A stretch of 64,000 bases of DNA from Merdibacter massiliensis (GCF_900155395.1 NZ_LT699727.1:274173-338172); one strand, 5' to 3'. Positions 38,957-49,030 are shown, numbered from the stretch's first letter. Numbers and translations: made by a program. The notes: a model not told the origin generated them from the letters alone.

Positions 38957-41113
38957 TTATGCTGTTTTTTGTATCGGTACCATAGAAAGCTGCACTTTTT
39001 GACGCTGTTCATCTACTTTATAGACCCATACTGTAACAATATCTCCCACAGATACTACATCACTTACACGATTGACCCGATACGAGCGCAGTTTTGAAAT
39101 ATGTACTAAACCATCTTCATGCAAGCCTATATCAACAAAGGCACCAAAGTCAACGACATTCCGTACCGTGCCCTGCAATTCATCTCCCACATGGAGATCG
39201 GAAAGTTCCAAGACATTGCTTTTTAACAATACCGGATCAAATTGGTCGCGATAATCCTGTAACGGTGTTTGAATACTTTGCAGGATATCACGAATCGTAT
39301 ATTGATCACTATGCAGCTGCTGACTCAAAACGGCCACATCTGCTTTTTCCACCGCCTGTTTTGCCTCTTCACTGCCCATCTGCTCTTTATCCAGTTGCAG
39401 ATATTCCAATACTTGTTTGGCCAACGCATAACTTTCCGGATGAATTCCTGTTCGATCAAAATATTCTTTTCCATCAACAATCCGTAAAAAACCTGCTGCC
39501 TGTTCAAACGACTTTGCCCCGATCTTTGGTACTTCTTTCAGTTGTGAGCGCAGCATGATCGCCCCATGTTCTTCACGGTATTGAATGATATTTTGTGCAG
39601 TTGTTGCATTCAAGCCGGAAACATGTTTCAACAGTTCGATCGATGCGGTATTCACATTGACACCAATTCGGTTGACCGCCTTGCTGACAACAAAGTCCAA
39701 TCGTTCTTTTAATCTTGCAGTTGGAAGATCATGCTGATACTGTCCAACGCCTAACGATTGAGGATCGATCTTGATCAATTCCGCAAGCGGATCAATGATT
39801 CGACGCGCAATGGAAATTGCCGAGCGTTGTTCCACCTGCAGATCTGGAAACTCTTTTCTAGCCAATTCACTTGCCGAATAAACGCTGGCTCCCGCTTCGC
39901 TTACCAAAGCAAAATGAACGGAAAGATGTTCTTCTTGGATCAAATGCGCGACAAATGCTTCACTCTCTCTTGATGCAGTTCCGTTTCCGATAGCGATGAT
40001 CGAAACAGGATAAGCCTGCAGCAAACGCAACATTTCTTCCTTCGCCTCTTTCACCTTTGCTTTTGGCGGATGCGGGTAAATGACGCTGATTTCTTTCAAT
40101 GTTCCCAATGGATCGATCACAGCGAGCTTGCAGCCGGTGCGAAATGCCGGATCAAACCCTAATACCCAGCGATCTTTGATCGGAGGCTGGGTCAATAATC
40201 TTTCCACATTCATCGAGAACACTTCTATACTGGCTTCCTGTGCCTTCTCACTTAACATAGAGCGCACTTCTCGTTCCACACTTGGGTAAGTCAAACGCTT
40301 CAAGCCATCTAAAATTGCTTCCTGCAAAATATCTTTTACGATCGTATTCCCATTTTTCAAATAATGGCGAAGCACCCATTGTTCCACATACTCTTCGTTA
40401 AAAGTAACGGATACCTGCAATACTTTTTCTTTTTCTCCGCGGTCGATTGCCATGATTCGATGCGGCTGGATAGTTCCTACTCGTTCACTATAGTCATAAT
40501 ACATTTGGTAAACACGCATCGTATCATCATGCTGCTTTTTCTCTTTGGTCACGATCCTTCCATATTTCAACATCGAAGTACGCAAGACATCGCGAACTTT
40601 TGCATCATCGCTGACCATCTCTGCTATGATATCTTTCGCTCCCGTGATTGCCTCTTGTACATTGGCAACCTGGTCATTTACATATTGCTGGGCTTCTTTC
40701 TCCACATCGCCATAAAAAGGCAATTTTAATATCCACAAAGCAAAGGGGCGCAGCCCTTTTGCTGCAGCCATGGTCGCCTTTGTTTTTCTTTTTTGTTGAT
40801 AAGGCCGATAAAGATCCTCTACTTGCGATAACTTCTCACATGCAAGAATATCGTTCTTTAATTCCTCTGTCAGCATCCCTTGCTGATCGATCAAACGAAG
40901 GACATCTTCTTTTCGCTTTTCTAAATGCGTTTGATACGCATATGCTTCTTCAATTTGGCGAATCTGTTCTTCATCCAATCCTTTTGTTCTTTCTTTTCGA
41001 TAACGAGCAATAAATGCAACTGTACAACCTTCTTGTAACAGTGTCATAACTGCTTCCACTTGGGAAGCAGCAATATGCATTGATCGAGCAATTGCTTCAT
41101 ACAACTGTTCCAT
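38957..41113 (-). CDS. tex: Transcription accessory protein Tex (S1 RNA-binding)
   Basis: HTH/YqgF/HhH/S1 architecture, 718 aa, C-terminal S1. Confidence 0.9.
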   Translation of the reverse strand: MEQLYEAIARSMHIAASQVEAVMTLLQEGCTVAFIARYRKERTKGLDEEQIRQIEEAYAYQTHLEKRKEDVLRLIDQQGMLTEELKNDILACEKLSQVEDLYRPYQQKRKTKATMAAAKGLRPFALWILKLPFYGDVEKEAQQYVNDQVANVQEAITGAKDIIAEMVSDDAKVRDVLRTSMLKYGRIVTKEKKQHDDTMRVYQMYYDYSERVGTIQPHRIMAIDRGEKEKVLQVSVTFNEEYVEQWVLRHYLKNGNTIVKDILQEAILDGLKRLTYPSVEREVRSMLSEKAQEASIEVFSMNVERLLTQPPIKDRWVLGFDPAFRTGCKLAVIDPLGTLKEISVIYPHPPKAKVKEAKEEMLRLLQAYPVSIIAIGNGTASRESEAFVAHLIQEEHLSVHFALVSEAGASVYSASELARKEFPDLQVEQRSAISIARRIIDPLAELIKIDPQSLGVGQYQHDLPTARLKERLDFVVSKAVNRIGVNVNTASIELLKHVSGLNATTAQNIIQYREEHGAIMLRSQLKEVPKIGAKSFEQAAGFLRIVDGKEYFDRTGIHPESYALAKQVLEYLQLDKEQMGSEEAKQAVEKADVAVLSQQLHSDQYTIRDILQSIQTPLQDYRDQFDPVLLKSNVLELSDLHVGDELQGTVRNVVDFGAFVDIGLHEDGLVHISKLRSYRVNRVSDVVSVGDIVTVWVYKVDEQRQKVQLSMVPIQKTA

Positions 41114-41238
41114 ACTTATGATCTCCTTTTCTGCGTACGTTCATTATACTATACTTCTTCTTTTCCACACAAACTCTTTCCTGCTCCTTTTCAAAATTCG
41201 TTCTGTGATTATAATAAAAGCAATAGGAGGCAAACGAA

Positions 41239-41886
41239 ATGACCCAAAAAACGAAAAATATTCGCTCACTAAGATGTACATCAAATGAAGAAAAATCGCT
41301 GATTTCTGCGATGCAAGAAGACATCTATCAATATGACGCATATTTTCAAAATGAAGAGATCATTGCTCCGACTTATGACCACTACCATTTCAGCGGATGC
41401 CGTTTTCAAGACATCACTTGTTCAATTGATGATTTTTTCGAAAATGAATATCTAGATTGCATCTTTACCCATTGTGATTTGTCTGCTGCTGATCTGCAGC
41501 GCAGCCATTTTTATCGTTGTCATTTTGAAAATTGCCGTTTGACAGGTACTCGTTTTTATGATTGTGTCTGGAAAGATGTCACATGGAATAACTGCATGTG
41601 TCAATATGCTAATTTTGGCGGAAGTCATTTTGAACGCTGTGCGTTTACCCGCTGCACGATCAAAGAAGGCGGCTTCATTCAATGTCAACAAAAAAGCCTT
41701 GCATTTCAACAGTGTGATCTGCAAAGCTGTTCTTTTGTCAACACATCCTTAAAGGAAGTACATTTAGAAAATAATAAGATTGACGGTCTGCTTGTAAATG
41801 AAGATAGTTTAAAAGGGGTCTACGTTTCTCCACAGCAAGCCATCCTCTTAGCTTCTTTATTAGGCATTCATATCGTTGAGGAATAA
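41239..41886 (+). CDS. Pentapeptide-repeat protein, Qnr-family-like (215 aa)
   Basis: Tandem A(D/N)LXX repeats; size and C-terminus ...VSPQQAILLASLLGI closely resemble EfsQnr-type proteins. Confidence 0.75.
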   Translation: MTQKTKNIRSLRCTSNEEKSLISAMQEDIYQYDAYFQNEEIIAPTYDHYHFSGCRFQDITCSIDDFFENEYLDCIFTHCDLSAADLQRSHFYRCHFENCRLTGTRFYDCVWKDVTWNNCMCQYANFGGSHFERCAFTRCTIKEGGFIQCQQKSLAFQQCDLQSCSFVNTSLKEVHLENNKIDGLLVNEDSLKGVYVSPQQAILLASLLGIHIVEE

Positions 41887-41907
41887 AAAAGATCAATATG
41901 ATCTTTT

Positions 41908-43140
41908 TTATTTATTTTTCATTTCTTCATTGACTTGTTTTGCCATTGTCAATACATTTGTGATAATTTCAACCATTTTGCTCATCGCTTGTACGGAAGC
42001 AAATTCATAACGCCCATGATGATTATAGCTGCCGGTGCCAAAGTTTGGACAAGGCAGACCCATATAGGTCAAAGCAGCCCCATCGGTCCCCCCGCGAACC
42101 GGTGTAGATACCGGTTCAAGACCTGCTGCAGAAATTGCACGATTAGCTAATTCGACAACACGCATATCCTTTTCAATCAAATTGCGCATATTTTGATATT
42201 GATCTTTGATCTCTAATTCAAATGTTCCTTCACCGTAACGTTTATTCAAGTAAGCACAAGCATCAATGAACATCCGCTTTTGCTTTGCGAATTTTTCGGC
42301 ATCATGATTTCGAATCAAATACGTCATCGTTGCCAGCTCACATTCACCTTTGATATGCAATAAATGATTAAATCCCTCATATCCTTCCGTATAAGCCGGA
42401 TTCATTTCTACCGGCAGCAAACTATGCAGCTGCATTGCCAATAAAGATGCATTGATCATTTTATTTTTAGCCGCTCCCGTGTGAATGCTTTTACCGTGGA
42501 TCGTGATCAATGCCTGTGCAGCATTAAAGTTTTCATAATCAATTTCATTGATTTCGCCCCCATCTACCGTGTAGGCAAATTCTGCTTTAAATGTATTTAA
42601 ATCAAAATGTTCTGTTCCTCTGCCGACTTCTTCATCCGGTGTGAAGGCAACATATACATCTCCATGCGGAATATTCTGCTGGATCAGTTGTTCGACTGCA
42701 GTCATGATGATAGCAATCCCTGCTTTATCATCACCGCCTAATAAAGTATTTCCATCCGTTACGATCAGATCTTCACCCACATGTTTTGCTAAGATTGGAA
42801 ATTGTTTTGGATCCATCTGAATATTTTCATTCAGTTTAATGACACCGCCGTCATATGCAGGGATCATTCTAGGCTTTACATTTGCTCCTGTCAGGTCTGT
42901 AGCAGTATCCATATGAGCATTCAAACCAATTGCCGGATACCCTTGTGCATTTGCAGGCAATTTTGCATAAACAACACCAAATTCATCCACATGCGGATTT
43001 TCCAATCCCAACTCTTGCAGTTCTTCTGCTAGCATATTCGCCAATACCAACTGTTTTTCTGTACTAGGCGATGTAGCTGCGTATTCATCGGATTGTGTAT
43101 CCACAACAACATATTTTAACAAACGTTCTTCTACGCGCAT
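41908..43140 (-). CDS. pepT: Peptidase T (tripeptide aminopeptidase, M20B)
   Basis: MRVEERLLKYVVVDTQSDE N-terminus; HMDT..., GGDDKAG motifs. Confidence 0.9.
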   Translation of the reverse strand: MRVEERLLKYVVVDTQSDEYAATSPSTEKQLVLANMLAEELQELGLENPHVDEFGVVYAKLPANAQGYPAIGLNAHMDTATDLTGANVKPRMIPAYDGGVIKLNENIQMDPKQFPILAKHVGEDLIVTDGNTLLGGDDKAGIAIIMTAVEQLIQQNIPHGDVYVAFTPDEEVGRGTEHFDLNTFKAEFAYTVDGGEINEIDYENFNAAQALITIHGKSIHTGAAKNKMINASLLAMQLHSLLPVEMNPAYTEGYEGFNHLLHIKGECELATMTYLIRNHDAEKFAKQKRMFIDACAYLNKRYGEGTFELEIKDQYQNMRNLIEKDMRVVELANRAISAAGLEPVSTPVRGGTDGAALTYMGLPCPNFGTGSYNHHGRYEFASVQAMSKMVEIITNVLTMAKQVNEEMKNK

Positions 43141-43260
43141 ATTTTCCCCTCCTGTATCTTTCATGTCTTTTTATTATACATCACTCATCATAAAAAATAC
43201 AGTCGTCATCATCCGCCAAAAAAGAGGCAGTCACCATTCTCAGACCACCTCCTATCCAAT

Positions 43261-43731
43261 TTACTGTCTAGTATGCAACAATCCGTATTGATGAAAAGAA
43301 TGATAGATGATCTGATAATCATCTCGCATATAGTACAGACTGCGCTGTACCATTGGCTCTAGAATATATTGTTTTTGTTCAAACTTATTCAGTGCCTGTA
43401 ACGCATATTCCATATATTTGACACATTCCTTCGCCAGTTCCGCATCTTCCACCATCGGCAGTGTATGGATCATTTCCATAAATTCGCTGATTCCTTGAAA
43501 AAAACCGCCGTCCTCTGCAGGCTCTTCATCCATCATACGAACATGTTTTGATAATAATTCTTCATGTTTGCGAAGACGCTTCAAACAGTCATCGATCAAT
43601 TGTTTTAATTTGGGATCGTTTACCTTATAACGCAGATCCTCAAATAAAGATGCACCCATATGCGTTCCTTTTAATAATTGATTCAGTTCCTGCACACATC
43701 TCTTTTCCATTTTTGATTCTGCTCCTTTCAC
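43261..43731 (-). CDS. Hypothetical protein
   Basis: 156 aa helical ORF; unrecognised. Confidence 0.45.
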   Translation of the reverse strand: MKGAESKMEKRCVQELNQLLKGTHMGASLFEDLRYKVNDPKLKQLIDDCLKRLRKHEELLSKHVRMMDEEPAEDGGFFQGISEFMEMIHTLPMVEDAELAKECVKYMEYALQALNKFEQKQYILEPMVQRSLYYMRDDYQIIYHSFHQYGLLHTRQ

Positions 43732-43838
43732 TCATTCCTATCATGCTCACGCCTTCACAAATTATTCAAAAAATCATAAAAAAGGCAGGATACACAGATG
43801 TCCACGTTTATGTTATGATTATTTCGAGGTGAGTTTTC

Positions 43839-44144
43839 ATGAAATTGTTATGGCTGAGTGTCAATGGGGAATACGCCTTCCAGCTGTCCCAAGATTTGAT
43901 AAAAGAAGGATATTCGGCAACAGAAATCGCCAGTACCGGTGATTTTCTAAATTATGGAAGCACAATTATATTGTTATGTATCGAATCAGAAAAAGTACAA
44001 ACGCTGATCTCTTTTATAAAAAACAAGATGAATGAATATCGAAATCTGACAAGCGAAGACATGCATGGTATGCATACGAGCGATTTTTCATTATTCAGCA
44101 TCCCGCTTGCTGCTTATAAGAAAATCAAAGGGCAATCGAAATAA
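43839..44144 (+). CDS. darA: PII-like cyclic-di-AMP receptor DarA (DUF970/YaaQ family)
   Basis: MKLL...ATEIASTGDFLNYGSTIILLCIESEKV matches YaaQ/DarA pattern. Confidence 0.6.
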   Translation: MKLLWLSVNGEYAFQLSQDLIKEGYSATEIASTGDFLNYGSTIILLCIESEKVQTLISFIKNKMNEYRNLTSEDMHGMHTSDFSLFSIPLAAYKKIKGQSK

Positions 44145-44207
44145 AACCAGTTGAATATAAACATTTTCCAGTTCCCGCACTGATTTTAATTTTTTTCATT
44201 TTTTTGT

Positions 44208-44243
44208 TGACAATTCTTCCGCTTACTGATATTATAAGTGAGC
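44208..44243 (+). promoter_or_regulatory. tRNA operon promoter TTGACA-17-TATTAT
   Basis: Read directly; duplicated at about 44905-44940. Confidence 0.55.
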
Positions 44244-44253
44244 ACTAAGCGAT

Positions 44254-44329
44254 GGAGGTTTAGCTCAGTTGGGAGAGCGTCTGCCTTACAAGCAGAGGGT
44301 CGGGGGTTCGAGTCCCTCAACCTCCACCA
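44254..44329 (+). tRNA. tRNA-Val (TAC)
   Basis: Anticodon loop CTTACAA; CCA encoded. Confidence 0.9.
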
Positions 44330-44340
44330 TTTTAAAAAAT

Positions 44341-44416
<76 letters not shown>

Positions 44417-44436
44417 TTTTTAAAACCCTTATAAAT

Positions 44437-44520
44437 GGAGGAGTAGCGAAGTGGCTAAACGCGGCAGACTGTAAATCTGTTCCTTCGGGTTCGGCAGTTC
44501 GAATCTGTCCTCCTCCACCA
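44437..44520 (+). tRNA. tRNA-Tyr (GTA), long variable arm
   Basis: Anticodon loop ACTGTAAAT; 84 nt. Confidence 0.85.
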
Positions 44521-44526
44521 TTTTAT

Positions 44527-44602
44527 TGGGGTATAGCCAAGCGGTAAGGCACAGGACTTTGACTCCTGCATTCCACTGGTTCGAATCCAGTTACCCCAGC
44601 CA
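44527..44602 (+). tRNA. tRNA-Gln (TTG)
   Basis: TGGGGTATAGCCAAGCGGTAAGGC start; loop CTTTGAC. Confidence 0.85.
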
Positions 44603-44618
44603 TTTTATTTATTCAACT

Positions 44619-44694
44619 GACCCGTTAGCTCAGTTGGTAGAGCATTTGACTTTTAATCAAAGGGTCTGGCGTTCGAATCGCCAACGGGTCACCA
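44619..44694 (+). tRNA. tRNA-Lys (TTT)
   Basis: Loop CTTTTAA. Confidence 0.9.
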
Positions 44695-44704
44695 TTCAAT
44701 ATTT

Positions 44705-44778
44705 GCGGGTGTAGTTCAATGGTAGAACTTCAGCCTTCCAAGCTGACTACGTGAGTTCGATTCTCATCACCCGCTCCA
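44705..44778 (+). tRNA. tRNA-Gly (TCC)
   Basis: Loop CTTCCAA. Confidence 0.9.
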
Positions 44779-44788
44779 TGAATGATTG

Positions 44789-44815
44789 AAAAGATGTCGA
44801 AAGACATCTTTTTTT
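44789..44815 (+). terminator. Terminator AAGATGTCgaaaGACATCTT plus T7
   Basis: Read directly. Confidence 0.7.
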
Positions 44816-44950
44816 ATATTGAATAGAATCGTGTATTTTTAACCAATGCTCAGCTTTATTCTATTATTAAATCCATTACAAATGTAAATATTTTAATTTT
44901 TTGTTGACATTTACGCCACTTACTGATAATATAAATAAGCACTAAGCGAT

Positions 44951-45026
44951 GGAGGTTTAGCTCAGTTGGGAGAGCGTCTGCCTTACAAGCAGAGGGTCGG
45001 GGGTTCGAGTCCCTCAACCTCCACCA
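44951..45026 (+). tRNA. tRNA-Val (TAC), duplicate
   Basis: Identical to 44254-44329. Confidence 0.9.
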
Positions 45027-45037
45027 TTTTAAAAAAT

Positions 45038-45113
<76 letters not shown>

Positions 45114-45118
45114 TTCTT

Positions 45119-45194
45119 GACCCGTTAGCTCAGTTGGTAGAGCATTTGACTTTTAATCAAAGGGTCTGGCGTTCGAATCGCCAACGGGTCACCA
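45119..45194 (+). tRNA. tRNA-Lys (TTT), duplicate
   Basis: Identical to 44619-44694. Confidence 0.9.
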
Positions 45195-45204
45195 TCAAAA
45201 CAAT

Positions 45205-45228
45205 GAAGCGGATATCCGCTTTTTTTAT
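45205..45228 (+). terminator. Terminator AAGCGGATATCCGCTT plus T7
   Basis: Read directly. Confidence 0.7.
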
Positions 45229-45275
45229 GCTATATGGCCATTAAAAAAGAAGCATCAAAACAATGCTTCCCCTAT

Positions 45276-45500
45276 TTAGATATGTTCAATGACTTCTACA
45301 TCTACAGTATTCTCACTTGGGCTGTAATCAAATGTAATTTTAGCGAAATCATCCAAATTTGTCGTTAATAACTCTGTTACTTTATCAAATACTTTTTCTA
45401 CTTCTTCTGTATCTTCACAGAAATATTCGATCTTTGTCGTCACATGTTTTTTCACTTTTGCAGTTTCGATCAAAGACGACACCATATCATTTTTCTTATT
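45276..45500 (-). CDS. Hypothetical small acidic protein (start MNKKND, RBS GGAGTGAAAG)
   Basis: ORF with good RBS; unrecognised. Confidence 0.4.
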   Translation of the reverse strand, partial: NKKNDMVSSLIETAKVKKHVTTKIEYFCEDTEEVEKVFDKVTELLTTNLDDFAKITFDYSPSENTVDVEVIEHI

Positions 45501-45567
45501 CATTCTTTCACTCCTCGAGTATATATCATATTGTATCACCTTTTCTTTGAATTGCAAAGCTTCCAGC

Positions 45568-45632
45568 AGGCTTTTCATTCAAATATAAAAATAAATTTTA
45601 ATTTTGTATTTACAAATTCAAAATTTATGATA
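45568..45632. repeat. Left copy of 64-bp direct repeat (target-site duplication) flanking IS1634-family element
   Basis: gcttttcattcaaatataaaaataaattttaattttgtatttacaaattcaaaatttatgata identical at 47537-47600. Confidence 0.8.
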
Positions 45633-47536
45633 CCTGACTTTAGAGGTTGAATAGTAAAAAATGGTGCAACACTCGATATTTGATTATCGAGTATGCATCA
45701 TTTTTATTTGTTTATCTGTTAGATAATAATTTGTTATTGGTTGATTTAATTTTTTGGATAGATCTGTTACGAATTCTTTGCTGGTTAATAGATTTATGAA
45801 TCTTGTTGAGTTGATTCTTACAACTCGAAATTTTCTCATGAAATCGTATATTGTACTTGCTGAGTATTTATTTTCCAGAATCTTGAATTGAAGGATTCGT
45901 GATAATAACACGGCTGTGTAACAGATGAAGAAATGACCTTTGATCCGATTTTCTTTTTGTAGATAGACCGGACGTGTATCAAGTTCGGACTTCATGATGC
46001 GGAAGGATTCTTCGATTTGCCAAAGCTGATGATAAGCATTGTATATGTCTTTTGATGACATATTGATTTCAGATGTTACGAGCATATTATATCCGGCTAG
46101 TTCTTTGTCTTTGTCTATAGCTTTTTGATTTAGCTGGGGTTTTATACTTTTCCCCTGATCATCTAGAAACTGCATATATTTTGATGATTCACCATATTCT
46201 TCTTTTTTGGCCTGGCATGCACGGTGTGCCTTGGCTTTTTCAATCATTCTATTGATTTCCATCAGTTTCTTCTTTGCGAGACTGAAGTTATAGGTAACTG
46301 TTCTTTTTTCTTTTATATTACGAGTTATTACATTCCCATATTCATCCTTGTATGAATAAGTAAACGTATCGATGCATTCCTTGATTTTATAAACGGGTTC
46401 TCCGTTCTGATCAAACACTGTTTCGAATCCGTCATCAAGAAGAACCCATTGTCTTTCTCTTTCAGGAAGGGTTTTTACAGATTTCGAAAACAGATAGCCA
46501 TCTCCATTATCAATAGCTTCAATAATATTTTTAGCACAGTTAAGGCCTTTATCAGCTATTTGGATGGTACGGCCCTTGATATTGTTTCTTGATTTCAAAT
46601 CGTGGATTAGATCACGCATGACCGGCTTTTCAGATTCATTGCCTGGGAATATCTTCATGCCGATTGGTAACATCTGTGCGTCTAAAAGAAGGCCCATTCC
46701 CACAATAGGGTCTCTTCGATTTTCTTTGGAAGGCCCTCTTTTTTGAAGAGTAGATTCCTTATCGATTTCAAAATAATAGTTTGTACAATCAAAATAAGAA
46801 CGGCTGGAATCCAGAATAAAATTGTCATCAGTCGCAACGGTCAGTATTTCAACCAGTTTCTCATATTCTTCGCCCATGAATTCCAAGCCCTCTAGGAGTT
46901 GATCATAACTGAAATTTTTTTGAACATATAGCTTTGGAAAAATATCATGAAAAGTCTGATGTTTAGATAAAGGCGCAACAACACGAGCATATACAAGAGC
47001 GGAAAAGACATCATATACATCGAACTCGAATTTCCTTGAAGAACTTAAATACCCAAAATGTTCTTTTACATCCAGCATGTTCAAGATTTTCGCAATTGGC
47101 ACATAACCCAGACACAGTTCTGGTGAAATGTCGGAAATCTGTTGAAAGTTGATGCGACACTTTTCTGTCTCCCGTTTAGAATTCAGTTCATTGACTTCTT
47201 TCTGAAAATGAGAAATTGGATCATCTATACCCTGTTCGATAAGAGCATCAACGAAACCGATTTTACGAAAACTTTTATGTCGAGTGTTTTTAGTTTCTGG
47301 AGAATAAAAACTCTCATAGATGGAAAGATAAAGTCTGTCATTTCGTTTTGTTTTTTTAAGAAAATAGGCCATAGAAAGTGTCCTCCAAGCATTACACATT
47401 TACACCATAATTATATTAAATAAATAAAAAAAATAAAATAAATTTAAAGTACAAAAAACAACGATAAATACTGGATAATCTCGACTTTTTCTCAGAATAG
47501 CCTCTAAACATTCATGGTGCAAACCTCTAAAGACGG
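45633..47536 (-). mobile_element. IS1634-family insertion sequence (about 1.9 kb) with imperfect terminal IRs CCTGACTTTAGAGGTT / AACCTCTAAAGACGG
   Basis: Single DDE transposase ORF; terminal inverted repeats read at 45633-45648 and 47522-47536; flanked by long direct repeat typical of IS1634 long TSDs. Confidence 0.75.
45684..47375 (-). CDS. IS1634-family (IS4-related) DDE transposase
   Basis: N-terminus MAYFLKKTKRNDRLYLSIYES typical of IS1634 transposases; about 563 aa. Confidence 0.85.
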   Translation of the reverse strand, partial: SMAYFLKKTKRNDRLYLSIYESFYSPETKNTRHKSFRKIGFVDALIEQGIDDPISHFQKEVNELNSKRETEKCRINFQQISDISPELCLGYVPIAKILNMLDVKEHFGYLSSSRKFEFDVYDVFSALVYARVVAPLSKHQTFHDIFPKLYVQKNFSYDQLLEGLEFMGEEYEKLVEILTVATDDNFILDSSRSYFDCTNYYFEIDKESTLQKRGPSKENRRDPIVGMGLLLDAQMLPIGMKIFPGNESEKPVMRDLIHDLKSRNNIKGRTIQIADKGLNCAKNIIEAIDNGDGYLFSKSVKTLPERERQWVLLDDGFETVFDQNGEPVYKIKECIDTFTYSYKDEYGNVITRNIKEKRTVTYNFSLAKKKLMEINRMIEKAKAHRACQAKKEEYGESSKYMQFLDDQGKSIKPQLNQKAIDKDKELAGYNMLVTSEINMSSKDIYNAYHQLWQIEESFRIMKSELDTRPVYLQKENRIKGHFFICYTAVLLSRILQFKILENKYSASTIYDFMRKFRVVRINSTRFINLLTSKEFVTDLSKKLNQPITNYYLTDKQIKMMHTR

Positions 47537-47600
47537 GGCTTTTCATTCAAATATAAAAATAAATTTTAATTTTGTATTTACAAATTCAAAATTTATGATA
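47537..47600. repeat. Right copy of 64-bp target-site duplication; contains promoter TTTACA-16-TGaTAGAAT for downstream tRNA-Gly/Trp
   Basis: Read directly. Confidence 0.8.
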
Positions 47601-47617
47601 GAATAATTAATGCACAT

Positions 47618-47691
47618 GCGGGTGTAGTTCAATGGTAGAACTTCAGCCTTCCAAGCTGACTACGTGAGTTCGATTCTCATCACCCGCTCCA
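47618..47691 (+). tRNA. tRNA-Gly (TCC)
   Basis: Identical to 44705-44778. Confidence 0.9.
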
Positions 47692-47700
47692 TTTATTTTT

Positions 47701-47774
47701 AGGGGTATAGTACAATGGTAGTATAACGGTCTCCAAAACCGCTGATGGGAGTTCGATCCTCTCTACCCCTGCCA
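47701..47774 (+). tRNA. tRNA-Trp (CCA)
   Basis: AGGGGTATAGTACAATGGTAGTAT...loop CTCCAAA; acceptor stem pairs checked by hand. Confidence 0.8.
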
Positions 47775-47788
47775 GTTAAATTGTTTGA

Positions 47789-47817
47789 TCAGCATCTGTC
47801 GATGCTTTTTTTATCCA
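47789..47817 (+). terminator. Terminator AGCATCtgtcGATGCT plus T7
   Basis: Read directly. Confidence 0.7.
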
Positions 47818-47857
47818 TATATAAAAACAGGGAGAGCTTCATGCTCTCCCTTTCCTA

Positions 47858-49030
47858 TTACTGTTGAGATAATGTTTGATCAATATCTGCTACTTCTGCT
47901 TCCAGCTTTTCGATGAATTCTTCTTTTTCTTCGATACGATCCTGCATATCATCAATAGCTCTTTGCCCTAATAATCCGACGATGTCCTCTTTCATACGCT
48001 GAATCTGACGTTTTTGATTTTGAATCAATTCTAACTTGCGTGCACGGGCATCCTGCATCCGTTGACGCCATTGCAGATGTCTTTGTTCATTCCATTGTTT
48101 CAAGCCGTCAAAATATGTATCCATAACTGAACGGAATTCTTTCCAAATTTGATCTTCATGTTCTTTTCCACAAGAACCGATCTGCTTCCATTCAGCACCA
48201 AGATCTTTCATTGCTTGTGTATTTTCTCTTGTATAAGATTGACTGCTTTCTATTTCTTTTGCCTTTTCTACCAGCTTTTTCTTTTGTTCGTAACGTTCTC
48301 CCTGTACAGCATGTAATTCATCATAATGTGCATTGCGCTGTTCATAGAACTTTTGACGGCTTGCATTGAATTTTTCCCACAAAGCATCTTCATGCTCACG
48401 TCCGGCACTGCCAACAGCTTTCCATTCATCCATCAGCTGACGGAATTTTTCACTTGTTTTCTGCCATTCCTGTGAATCTGCCAAAGCAGCTGCTTGCGCG
48501 ATCAAGTTTTCTTTCACTTGACGTGCATTTTCAAATTTGCCCTGCAATTCTTCCCAGTGTGCATGTTTCCGATCAAAGAACTGTTGTCTGGCTTCATTGA
48601 ACTGTTCCCAAAGCGCATCATCTTTTTCTTTACCGGCACTTCCGCTTGCTTTCCACTGTTGCATCAGTGCATTCATTTCTTCTGTTGCTTGATTCCATTC
48701 CTCAGACAAAGCCGTTTTCTTCGCTTGTGCAATCAGATCTTCTTTTAGCTTCTGGGCACTTTGATAAATCTCATTACGTTTTGCATAGAAAGCATCAATA
48801 TACTGATCAAATTCTTCTGCTAATTTTTCTTCGTATGCAGAGTCCCAATAGTGAATTCGACGCCAGCGTCTACGAAGATCATTGATCTGGTGCATGACCT
48901 CATTCCAATCAGCAGAGGCCGGAATGCTTTTCGCCTCTTCGATCAATGCTTCACGGCGATGAATATCTTCATCAAAATCACTTACTTCTAACATATCATC
49001 ATTTTCCTGATACATACGACGTTCCTCCAT
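47858..49030 (-). CDS. DUF349 repeat protein
   Basis: Repeated W..EW...G.AG.E.D.ALWE.F modules characteristic of DUF349. Confidence 0.8.
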   Translation of the reverse strand: MEERRMYQENDDMLEVSDFDEDIHRREALIEEAKSIPASADWNEVMHQINDLRRRWRRIHYWDSAYEEKLAEEFDQYIDAFYAKRNEIYQSAQKLKEDLIAQAKKTALSEEWNQATEEMNALMQQWKASGSAGKEKDDALWEQFNEARQQFFDRKHAHWEELQGKFENARQVKENLIAQAAALADSQEWQKTSEKFRQLMDEWKAVGSAGREHEDALWEKFNASRQKFYEQRNAHYDELHAVQGERYEQKKKLVEKAKEIESSQSYTRENTQAMKDLGAEWKQIGSCGKEHEDQIWKEFRSVMDTYFDGLKQWNEQRHLQWRQRMQDARARKLELIQNQKRQIQRMKEDIVGLLGQRAIDDMQDRIEEKEEFIEKLEAEVADIDQTLSQQ

